Positions 47,380-55,801 of a stretch of DNA of 60,797 bases are shown here, in pieces. The position numbers and the translations under genes were made by a program. The first letter of the stretch is position 1. Each line of letters starts with the position of its first letter. Location of the stretch: contig JBGCDX010000039.1 in the NCBI GenBank assembly GCA_045105815.1, positions 1 through 60,797 on the forward strand, written 5' to 3'. Origin of the DNA: Gammaproteobacteria bacterium. Its GTDB lineage: Bacteria > Pseudomonadota > Gammaproteobacteria > UBA4575. Below the pieces are notes generated by a model, which was given only the letters and a program-made list of their open reading frames with translations, searched no databases and was not told where the DNA came from.

Positions 47380-47433
47380 ATGAAAAAAATTATAAGTTAT
47401 TGAATTCAATGGCAACTTGAGCGATCAAATACA

Positions 47434-48042
47434 TCAAGCAAAATTCTTTTCTCGAATGAGCTTGATCTCTTTACCACGTACATGAGCATGAATTGCCTCT
47501 CTATCTTCAGCATTGATATGCGTGAACTCAAGCCCTATTGTAGATTGGCCCTCATACTGCTCAGCTTGCTCACAGCGCACTATTTTTCCATACGCTAATA
47601 TGTAGTTGGAAATTTGTGAAAGCTGCAGCCTTAATTCTACATATGACCCCATATCCAAAGGATCATCATAGCTAAAGCTAATACCACTAGCGCTTATATT
47701 AACTTCATGCCAATTTAAATCAGGGATCATTGAGCATCCTGAAAACTGTCTTCTAGCTAAAGTATTAATTTTATCGTCTAGCAAAGTTAAATACTTGGCC
47801 ACCTCAGGATAACGCCTACGCACTAATGCGAACTGGTCTGTTAACACTTTAGAAGTGTCAGTAAAATTATTCAATAATTGCAATTCTGAATTATTCTCAG
47901 GATATTTTTTTAATACTTCTTTTATTTGATCATCTGGAATTAAACGCAATGATAATAAAATATTATCATCTATTCTAAACGCACTCCGATTTTCAATTTC
48001 AGCATGCATGTCTTTTTCTTGTGATAGATTTATGTCATCCAT
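47434..48042 (-). CDS. PilZ-domain protein with widely separated RxxxR and NxSxxG motifs
   Basis: 202 aa. RSAFR at residues 19-23 and NISASG at 115-120, followed by beta-barrel-like SFSYDDPLDMGSYVELRLQL...GKIVRCE...IGLEFTHI. The start lies 18 nt after the motB stop. Confidence 0.75.
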   Translation of the reverse strand: MDDINLSQEKDMHAEIENRSAFRIDDNILLSLRLIPDDQIKEVLKKYPENNSELQLLNNFTDTSKVLTDQFALVRRRYPEVAKYLTLLDDKINTLARRQFSGCSMIPDLNWHEVNISASGISFSYDDPLDMGSYVELRLQLSQISNYILAYGKIVRCEQAEQYEGQSTIGLEFTHINAEDREAIHAHVRGKEIKLIREKNFA

Positions 48043-48060
48043 ATCAATTGACCATGAGAT

Positions 48061-48954
48061 TTAATTATTTTTTGAAGCACTATTTTGTGCATCATCATCG
48101 TATTCATAAAATAAATGTTTATCTCCCAATATTGAAATTTCAACACGTCTGTTTTTAGAGCGACTATCTTCTGTGTAATTAGTAAAAATAGGTTTAGTGT
48201 CACCATAAGCTCGAATTTGCAGACGATCTTCATGAATATCTTCCTTAGCCTCTAAATGATGCACTACCGCAGCAGCACGTGCTGCTGACAGCACCCAATT
48301 TGACGGGAACCTTGATGTATTTATTGGCCGATTATCTGTATGACCAGAAACTATAATATTTCCATCCACTTCTTTTAGTGCTGAAGCTATTTTTTTCAAT
48401 AATAAGGCAAATGCACCATCAATATGGTCATCACCTGATGAAAACGTGCCCCGCTCTCTAATACGAATAATGATTTCACGATCTGTCCAATCAACCTCAA
48501 CGGTCCCCGTATCAATTTCATTTTTTAATACTTCAGTAATTCTTTCTGCTTCTTCTTGCATTCTTTTTACTGCTGCATTATAAATTTCTTTGGCAATCTG
48601 TTTTTTATCTACATCTTCTCCACCACTTGAAAAATCCAAGTTAGCTTTGCTCTCATCCGTAGTTTGTTGCCGCATTATTTTCAATAATGTCTCATTATCA
48701 GGTTTACCTGGACTGAATTCAGATGTCACCACACTTGTGCCTTTAGGCAGCTCATTTGCAGGTACATCTCGTTGCACACCAAAAGCTCTAGATAGAGAGC
48801 CAGATAATTCTTTAAATTTATTAACATCCATTTCAGAGAATGATAGAAGCAGCACAAAGAAACACATTAGCAATGACATTAAGTCTGCAAATGTTGCCAT
48901 CCATGCAGGGGAACCGGAAGATTCTGCTGCTTTTGCTGGAGGTGCATCAGACAT
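48061..48954 (-). CDS. motB: stator protein MotB/PomB family
   Basis: 297 aa. N-terminal TM with conserved Asp (WMATFADLMSLLMCFFV). C-terminal OmpA-like GHTDNRPI...SNWVLSAARAAAV. Confidence 0.92.
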   Translation of the reverse strand: MSDAPPAKAAESSGSPAWMATFADLMSLLMCFFVLLLSFSEMDVNKFKELSGSLSRAFGVQRDVPANELPKGTSVVTSEFSPGKPDNETLLKIMRQQTTDESKANLDFSSGGEDVDKKQIAKEIYNAAVKRMQEEAERITEVLKNEIDTGTVEVDWTDREIIIRIRERGTFSSGDDHIDGAFALLLKKIASALKEVDGNIIVSGHTDNRPINTSRFPSNWVLSAARAAAVVHHLEAKEDIHEDRLQIRAYGDTKPIFTNYTEDSRSKNRRVEISILGDKHLFYEYDDDAQNSASKNN

Positions 48955-48967
48955 AACTTAACCTTAA

Positions 48968-49750
48968 TTATGCAGCTTCTTTTTCTTGACTCGATTCACC
49001 TACTTGATCACGCTTACTATTTGGTAAATAAGTGGCAAGTATCTGCTCAACAACTCTTGGATTAGTTCCTGCCTGAATTGCTGATACTGATTCAAGTATT
49101 AAATCTTTGCTAAGTCGCTCTTCCATTGCAATCTTCTTTAACTTATCCGCTAATGGAAGCGCTACTGCATTCGCAATAACTGCTCCATAAAGAGTAGTTA
49201 ATAATGCAACTGCCATTGCAGGGCCAATAGACTTAGGGTCATCCATGTTAGACAACATCTGCACTAATCCAATAAGCGTGCCGATCATACCCATCGCAGG
49301 CGCTGCATCACCAATAGATTTAAACATTTCTCTACCCGTTTCATGACGCTCAATAGAAAGATTAATATCTTTACCCAACATTTTTTGAACGACCTCAGTT
49401 GGATGTCCGTCAATACATAAATTGATGCCTTGCTCTAAAAATGGATGTCCGATTTCTTTACCCTCTAGTGCAAGTACACCTTCTTTTCTGGCCACATCAG
49501 CAAGTGCAACCGCTTCTTCAATAAGTTTTGTTAGGCTTACCGCTTTATGAAGCAATGTAGTTAAAACAAGCTTAAATGAACCAAAAAAGTCTCCTAAAGA
49601 AATTCGCGTTAAGGTAGCAGCAAAAGTGCCCCCAATAACAACAGCCAGTGATGGTACATTCATGAAGGTCCCAGCTGACCCCCCTAAGACGATCGCTAAC
49701 ACAATCACAGCCATAGCCCCCACCAAGCCTATTAGAGTGGCTAAATCCAT
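48968..49750 (-). CDS. motA: stator protein MotA/PomA family (closest in look to PomA/MotC type)
   Basis: 260 aa. MDLATLIGLVG..., APAMGMIGTLIGLVQMLSNMDDPKSIGPAMAVALLTTLYGA. Confidence 0.93.
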   Translation of the reverse strand: MDLATLIGLVGAMAVIVLAIVLGGSAGTFMNVPSLAVVIGGTFAATLTRISLGDFFGSFKLVLTTLLHKAVSLTKLIEEAVALADVARKEGVLALEGKEIGHPFLEQGINLCIDGHPTEVVQKMLGKDINLSIERHETGREMFKSIGDAAPAMGMIGTLIGLVQMLSNMDDPKSIGPAMAVALLTTLYGAVIANAVALPLADKLKKIAMEERLSKDLILESVSAIQAGTNPRVVEQILATYLPNSKRDQVGESSQEKEAA

Positions 49751-49857
49751 TTACAAACGCTCCTTATTTAACTAATTTTCAACCAGTACATTTTTATAAC
49801 TTACTGTTTTATATATGTTTTTATTTGCTGCGAAGATAGACTCTTGCGACATAGTTA

Positions 49858-49884
49858 GTAACGGCCAAAACATATAAATATTTA
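49858..49884 (-). promoter_or_regulatory. sigma-28-type promoter of the motAB-pilZ operon (variant -10 GCCGTTAC)
   Basis: Minus strand reads TAAA-TATTTATATGTTTTG-GCCGTTAC (N15). The same variant -10 octamer recurs with the same spacing at 59839-59865. Confidence 0.5.
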
Positions 49885-49964
49885 GCTATTAGCCAATAAT
49901 TAGGTGCTTTACTGACGGGTGAACTTAGTAGTATTTGAAATCCAAGGAATTTTCAAAAAATGCT

Positions 49965-49990
49965 TAAAAATCAAGTAAATATGCCGATAC
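49965..49990 (+). promoter_or_regulatory. sigma-28-type promoter of the CheY-like gene
   Basis: TAAA-AATCAAGTAAATAT-GCCGATAC (N14), 58 nt upstream of the ATG at 50049. Divergent from the motA promoter. Confidence 0.45.
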
Positions 49991-50048
49991 AAGCTCATGA
50001 AGTAGCAACAAAATTGATGTGTATCTAGATTAAAATGAGCCTGTTTGT

Positions 50049-50408
50049 ATGAAAATCCTAATTGTTGATGATAGTCAGGCAATGCGCAAAATCATCAAGT
50101 GGACAATTAAATTAGCTGATATGAATGCTGATGAGTTTTTTGAAGCCTCTTGTAGTGATGATGCTCTTTTAATATCAGAAACCAAAAAACTAGATTTAAT
50201 AATTACAGATTGGAATATGCCAGAAATGGGTGGCTTAGCATTACTTAAAGCGTTAAGAGATTCTCAAAATATGGTTAGATTCGGATTTGTTGTTACACAA
50301 TCGTCAACAAATATTTATAACTTAGCAAAAGATGCGGGCGCAAACTTCATCATATCTAATCCAAGCTCTTCCAATACATTTAAAGCTCAAGTAAACCAAA
50401 CATTATAA
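50049..50408 (+). CDS. single-domain CheY-like receiver with Asn at the conserved Lys (K109-equivalent) position
   Basis: 119 aa. DD (7-8), ITDWNMPEMGG phospho-acceptor context and VVTQ Thr are present, but FIISNP replaces the YVVKP-type motif. Confidence 0.85.
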   Translation: MKILIVDDSQAMRKIIKWTIKLADMNADEFFEASCSDDALLISETKKLDLIITDWNMPEMGGLALLKALRDSQNMVRFGFVVTQSSTNIYNLAKDAGANFIISNPSSSNTFKAQVNQTL

Positions 50409-50622
50409 ATATGTAATCACAAAAAGTTAGCTTCTAACCAATCTCAGTAAAATTATAATTTTATAAGTAAGCTTGAAACGTCAAAAATTTGACTACTTTA
50501 AAAATTTATAATTGTTATCACTAGTCTGCTCAGTTTTTCTGGTATCTTCTTTACTAAATTATTAAACGTCGAATATTTGGCATTTAATATTATTCTTAGA
50601 TTCATATTATAAAACTGCACAC

Positions 50623-51600
50623 ATGTCACAAAATTTCTCTAGCAAAAGAAACATTATCTCGTTTTTATCTATTGCTGCAATGTTAATACTACTAGTTTAC
50701 ATATCTTCAAACCCATATGTGAGCAAACAAGAAACACTTAGAATTGGAATTACCGAATGGCCAGGTTTTGAATATTTATTTATTGCTAAAAAACAAGGAT
50801 TTTTTAAAAAAGCCGGTCTTAATATTGAGCTTGTAGAACTTAGCTCACTAGCAGAAGTTCGCCGTGCTTTTGAAAGAGGGAAAGTAGATGGAATGGCCGC
50901 AACACTAGTAGAAGTATTGGAGGCTTATAAATACTCTGGGCAAATTGCCCAACCTATAGCAGTAATTGATTACTCAAATGGTGCTGATGAAATCCTAGGC
51001 AATAAAAACTTGAAAAATATTAATGATCTTAAAGGCAAAAAAATTGGTGTTGAAGCAGGAAGCATGAGCGCCTATCTTGTTAGTCGGGCATTAGAAATCA
51101 ATAACATAGACTATTCAGATGTAATCATTATCCCTATGAGTTTACTCAAACTACCTAAAGCATTAAAAACTGGAAAAGTGGATGCGATAACATCATACCC
51201 CCCTGTTTCAATAGCTATCAAAAAACAAATTGAAATAAACGTCTTATTTGATAGTTCACTCATCCCACGGAAATTAATAGATGTAATTGCGATCAATAAA
51301 AATGTACTCAAGCACAATCCGAAGTTGAGACAATCGTTCTTACAAGCATGGGGGGAAACATTAAGATATGCAGAAGAAAATCCTGAATCTTCGTATCAAA
51401 CTTTAACTGAGCGACTTCATATATCAATACAAGAATTTAAGAACTCAATGTCCTTGATAAACTTGGTTGGTATCGACGAACAAGATCAATATTTTAACCA
51501 AGACATTATAAAAGATAACTTAGTTAAAACGGGTGATATTGTTTTTAAACACTTAGATACTTCTAAAGTAGATTATTCAGAATTTATATACGCTAATTAA
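50623..51600 (+). CDS. membrane-anchored NMT1/SsuA-like substrate-binding protein
   Basis: 325 aa. N-terminal anchor. RIGITEWPGFEYLFIAKKQGFFKKAGLNIELVE is typical of nitrate/sulfonate/bicarbonate-type SBPs. Confidence 0.7.
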   Translation: MSQNFSSKRNIISFLSIAAMLILLVYISSNPYVSKQETLRIGITEWPGFEYLFIAKKQGFFKKAGLNIELVELSSLAEVRRAFERGKVDGMAATLVEVLEAYKYSGQIAQPIAVIDYSNGADEILGNKNLKNINDLKGKKIGVEAGSMSAYLVSRALEINNIDYSDVIIIPMSLLKLPKALKTGKVDAITSYPPVSIAIKKQIEINVLFDSSLIPRKLIDVIAINKNVLKHNPKLRQSFLQAWGETLRYAEENPESSYQTLTERLHISIQEFKNSMSLINLVGIDEQDQYFNQDIIKDNLVKTGDIVFKHLDTSKVDYSEFIYAN

Positions 51601-51623
51601 TTAAATAATTTAATGAAATTAAT

Positions 51624-53978
51624 ATGAGCATAACTTTTGAAAAATATAAAACATCTTCACAGAAGCGAATTATTTTATCGTTTTTATTAGTGTTTTTTAT
51701 CTCAATACTCACTATTTGCATTCTAATGTATAAAATATTTAGCAATAATCTTTCTGAAAATTTACATACCCGCGCACTAGAAGTGATCGATATTGTAGAT
51801 TATATGGCTCAGACCTCAGGAGAGTCCCCAGAATTAATTAGAGGCATAAATACTTTAGCAGCCAATCGTGATATCAAGCTTATTATAGTAAGAATTGACG
51901 AGCCACCCGTTGTGATTGCATCAAATAAAGCAGCATTAATTGGCTTACCTACAAATAAAATATTTTCCAATGACACAAGCAGTCAATCATTCAGCTTTGA
52001 TTCCAACAATGATGAATACACGGCCATATCATCGATATGGTTAGAGAATAAATTTAGCAATGGACAATTCACAAAAGCACACATTGGCGTGGTATTTAAT
52101 ACTTACAAAACTCGCATCTTGCTTCAGGAACAGATACTACAGACTGCAATTTATTTAATACTCACAACAATATTTGCGATTGGATTAGTATATTTCTTGA
52201 CTAATAAATATATATTTCAACCTTTAGAAATTATAAATTCAACCTTAAATAAAAATGATATAAATAAAGAATTTTCACCAATTGCATTTTCTACAAATGA
52301 TGAGATTGGATCTGTAGCTAAAACCCTCAATCAATTATTTACAGATATATATGAATCGAAAAGAACACTGCGTGAAAACACCGAACGGTATGATCTTGCA
52401 CTACAGGGCACTAAAGTTGGCTTGGTAGATTGGAACATTGCTACCAATGATCTTTATTACTCATCTAGCTTAATGCAAGTATTAGGTATAGCCAAAAATA
52501 TTATCAAACCTAGTATTGGTTGGTTTGAAGAACGCACACACCCAGATGATAGAGAAACTGCCCAAGCTTCACTTATTTCTCACCTTAAATTTAATACTGA
52601 ATATGATGTTGAAGGTAGATTGCGTCACGAGAATGGTGATTATATTTGGATGCGAGTACGCGGCCAAGCTGTACGCGATGACGAAGGAAAAGCTATTCGC
52701 ATGGTCGGGTATTATGTAGATATATCTAATCGTAAAGCAAATGAACACTTAATGAATTCTCTATACTTACTTAGCGCTGATGCAACGTTGTCACTCAACA
52801 AAAAGATTAATTGCATACTCGAAGAAGGCGTTAATTATTTAGGTTTAGACTGTGGAATTATTTGCAATGTAAATGAAAACTGTTTATCGGTTAAATATTT
52901 GAAATCACCAAAAAAATACCAAATCTATGCAGGTACAGTTTTTGCTCTAAGTGATACATTTTGCTCTCATACTGTGAAAGAAAATGACATGTTAGCGATA
53001 CATGATATAAAAAACTCAGCCCTAAACTACTTGCCTGAACATACGGAATCTGGAATTAATTGTTACATAGGCACACCCTTATATGTACATGGGAGAATTT
53101 ATGGGACAGTTAGTTTTTCTGATTATAAAACTAAATTAAGGCCTTTTACTGAGCAAGAAAAGTCATTTATTAGATTAGTAGCCCAATGGATTGGCAATGA
53201 AATGATGAGGTCACAGTACATAGACTACTTGCATGAAACTGAAAGTAGATTGGAAGATGCAGTTGAAGAGCTTACTAACACCAACTCTGAGCTAGAAAGC
53301 TTTACATATGTTGCGTCACATGACCTTCAAGAGCCTTTACGAATGATTACTAACTTTACGGGTCTTTTAGAAGCCAACTACAGCAAAAATTTAGACGGTA
53401 CAGCCCTGGATTATTTGAAAATATTATCCAAATCTGCCAGCCAAATGCGTATTTTAATTAAGGGCTTATTGGACTATGCACACACTAATAGAGAAAACGA
53501 AAAAATTGAAAACATTGACCTAAATCATATATTAAAAAACATATATACCAATCTTGAAAAGCAAATTTGTGAAGCTAAACCTGAAATAATTGTTAACAAT
53601 CTACCCTCCATTCAAGCCAATAAAGCAAGTATAATAAGCTTGTTACAAAATTTAGTTAGTAATGCTATTAAATTTCAAACAGAAGGAAGCAAGGCTGTAA
53701 TTGAAGTCAATGCTTATCAACAAAAAGATTCGTGCGTAATCAGTATTTCAGACAACGGCATTGGCATTGAAACAGAATACCAAGAGAAGGTATTTGAACC
53801 ATTTAAACGACTGCATGCTAAGAATGAATATATAGGCACCGGTATTGGATTAGCAGTATGCAAAAAAATTGTTACTAGAATGGGTGGAACGATGTGGGTT
53901 GAATCTGAAAAAGGCACTGGAAGTACTTTTTTTGTTTCAATTCCTAACCTAATAACTCAAACAGGAAAAGCAGCATGA
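51624..53978 (+). CDS. sensor histidine kinase (periplasmic domain-HAMP-PAS-GAF-HisKA-HATPase)
   Basis: 784 aa. Two TM segments. PAS (RHENGDYIWMRVRGQAVRDDEGK), H-box FTYVASHDLQEPLRMI, G-box GTGIGLAVCKKIV. Confidence 0.88.
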   Translation: MSITFEKYKTSSQKRIILSFLLVFFISILTICILMYKIFSNNLSENLHTRALEVIDIVDYMAQTSGESPELIRGINTLAANRDIKLIIVRIDEPPVVIASNKAALIGLPTNKIFSNDTSSQSFSFDSNNDEYTAISSIWLENKFSNGQFTKAHIGVVFNTYKTRILLQEQILQTAIYLILTTIFAIGLVYFLTNKYIFQPLEIINSTLNKNDINKEFSPIAFSTNDEIGSVAKTLNQLFTDIYESKRTLRENTERYDLALQGTKVGLVDWNIATNDLYYSSSLMQVLGIAKNIIKPSIGWFEERTHPDDRETAQASLISHLKFNTEYDVEGRLRHENGDYIWMRVRGQAVRDDEGKAIRMVGYYVDISNRKANEHLMNSLYLLSADATLSLNKKINCILEEGVNYLGLDCGIICNVNENCLSVKYLKSPKKYQIYAGTVFALSDTFCSHTVKENDMLAIHDIKNSALNYLPEHTESGINCYIGTPLYVHGRIYGTVSFSDYKTKLRPFTEQEKSFIRLVAQWIGNEMMRSQYIDYLHETESRLEDAVEELTNTNSELESFTYVASHDLQEPLRMITNFTGLLEANYSKNLDGTALDYLKILSKSASQMRILIKGLLDYAHTNRENEKIENIDLNHILKNIYTNLEKQICEAKPEIIVNNLPSIQANKASIISLLQNLVSNAIKFQTEGSKAVIEVNAYQQKDSCVISISDNGIGIETEYQEKVFEPFKRLHAKNEYIGTGIGLAVCKKIVTRMGGTMWVESEKGTGSTFFVSIPNLITQTGKAA

Positions 53979-54430
53979 TAGATAAGCACAGAACAGCTGA
54001 AATTTTACTGATAGAAGATAATGTAGGTGACGTACTGTTAACTAAAGAAGCTTTTCGCTCAACTCATTTTAAGTACAACCTCCGCGTTGCAAAAGACGGT
54101 GATGAAGCATTAAGAATGCTCAGCCAACAAGGCCAATATAATGCCTCACCACTTCCCGATCTAATTTTATTGGATTTAAGCTTGCCCAAGATTGATGGCC
54201 GTGAAGTGCTTGAATCAATTAAGAATAATTCAACCTTAAAAGCTATTCCTGTGATTATTTTATCTGGCTCTGCAGCAGAATCAGATATGACTTCTAGTTA
54301 TGACTTACATGCTAACTCTTATGTTGTTAAACCAGATAACTTTGAAGACTTTAAGGAAATTGTCGCTTCAATTGAAAATTACTGGTTCAAAAAACAAGAT
54401 CACAATACTTTAGATAAGACTGTGCATTAG
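53975..54430 (+). CDS. single-domain response regulator (Rcp1-like)
   Basis: 151 aa. LLIEDNVGD, LILLDLSLPKIDG, YVVKP. Overlaps the kinase stop by 4 nt. Confidence 0.88.
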   Translation: MIDKHRTAEILLIEDNVGDVLLTKEAFRSTHFKYNLRVAKDGDEALRMLSQQGQYNASPLPDLILLDLSLPKIDGREVLESIKNNSTLKAIPVIILSGSAAESDMTSSYDLHANSYVVKPDNFEDFKEIVASIENYWFKKQDHNTLDKTVH

Positions 54431-54445
54431 CAATATTATATATTT

Positions 54446-55801
54446 TTAGCGTTCCTGGAATGCATTCTGAAAACCACGATAAATAGGCTTCAATAGATAA
54501 TCTAATACTGACTTTTCCCCAGTTTTAATATCAGCTTGTACAGTCATTCCAGGAATAATTCGATATTTATTCGTTTCATCTCCAATATAACTTTTATCTA
54601 AAGCAATTGTTGCCTGAAAATAAGGAATATGTTGTTCATCTAAAAAAGTCGACGCACTTATCTTTTGTACTTTACCCATTATAGTACCAAATCGATGAGG
54701 ATCATAACTATTAACTTTAACTTCAGCCTTCTGACCTAAATTTATATGCCCAATATCGGATGTTGTAACTTTTGATTCAACCACTAAAACATCATCACCA
54801 GGTATAATTTCCATTATTACTTGACCTGGCTTAATCACACTTTGAATAGAATTCACCACTAAGCCCTTCACAATACCAGAAACAGGTGCAGTAATATCCA
54901 GTCTACTCACACGGTCCTGAAGCTTAATAATATTCTTATCTAACTCAGCCATTTCGCCCATCACCTTTCCTATATCTTTCTTGATAGACTCATAAAACTT
55001 ATTTTCAACATCTACAACTGATTGATACGCTTCTTCTTTTGCTTCATTTGAGACTAAAATGTTAGACAAAGTTTGCTGATATTGTGTCTCAGTTTCTGCT
55101 AAATTTACTTTCCTATCCAGATACTCTGCATTTGATACTAAACCTTGTTCAACCAATCCCTTGCGCATATTCGCCTGTTGCCTAAGAACGTTAGTTTCAC
55201 GTTTTAGATACTTGGCTTTAATCTTCTCTCTCGTTAGCTCTTCTTCACGCTGTTTTATCTTTGTTTGCGCTAAATCAATCTGTGATATATAACTTTTTAA
55301 CTGTGCTTTATAAATATTAACTTCGCTTGCTACCAAATCCGCGTATTCATCTTTATATTTATCAAAGTTTGGCTCACCTTCTTTTAATATTGCATGCAAC
55401 CTAATCAACTGAAGATCTAGTACAGTATGACGTGCTTCTATTTGTTGCAAATCTGACTCAGTAGAGGTCGGCGCTATACGTACTAATACATCACCTTCAT
55501 TAACTATTTCACCATCATTTACGTATATTTCTTTTATAATTCCACCTTCTAAATGTTGAACCACGTGATTATGTCCTGTTGGCACAACCTCACCTTGAGT
55601 TACTGCCACTTCATTTACCGGAGTTACGTAAGCCCAGACAACCATAGCAACGCATAAAAAAGCAATTGTCATGATCACGATACTAACGACACCGGGTGCG
55701 TCTGACTCTTCTAATTGAATAGACTGTGCTATAAAACGTGCACGAGCTCTAGGAACTTCTGACTTAACCTTATCGGATAACGATAAATCTTCCTCTATCA
55801 T
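54446..55801 (-). CDS. HlyD-family type I secretion membrane fusion protein
   Basis: 451 aa. N-terminal TM, long coiled coil, C-terminal beta-barrel. 4-nt overlap with the upstream ABC gene. Confidence 0.88.
   Translation of the reverse strand: MIEEDLSLSDKVKSEVPRARARFIAQSIQLEESDAPGVVSIVIMTIAFLCVAMVVWAYVTPVNEVAVTQGEVVPTGHNHVVQHLEGGIIKEIYVNDGEIVNEGDVLVRIAPTSTESDLQQIEARHTVLDLQLIRLHAILKEGEPNFDKYKDEYADLVASEVNIYKAQLKSYISQIDLAQTKIKQREEELTREKIKAKYLKRETNVLRQQANMRKGLVEQGLVSNAEYLDRKVNLAETETQYQQTLSNILVSNEAKEEAYQSVVDVENKFYESIKKDIGKVMGEMAELDKNIIKLQDRVSRLDITAPVSGIVKGLVVNSIQSVIKPGQVIMEIIPGDDVLVVESKVTTSDIGHINLGQKAEVKVNSYDPHRFGTIMGKVQKISASTFLDEQHIPYFQATIALDKSYIGDETNKYRIIPGMTVQADIKTGEKSVLDYLLKPIYRGFQNAFQER

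Noticed and set aside
47396-47416. ATTGAATTCAAT palindrome plus a T-run as a terminator between pilZ and the FMN-enzyme gene.
   Set aside because: Only about 4 bp can pair around a 4-nt loop. That is too weak to call, so read-through from the stator operon cannot be excluded.
48030-48233. 67-aa minus-strand ORF overlapping the motB 3' end and the pilZ start.
   Set aside because: It is out of frame with both supported genes and has a low-complexity translation.
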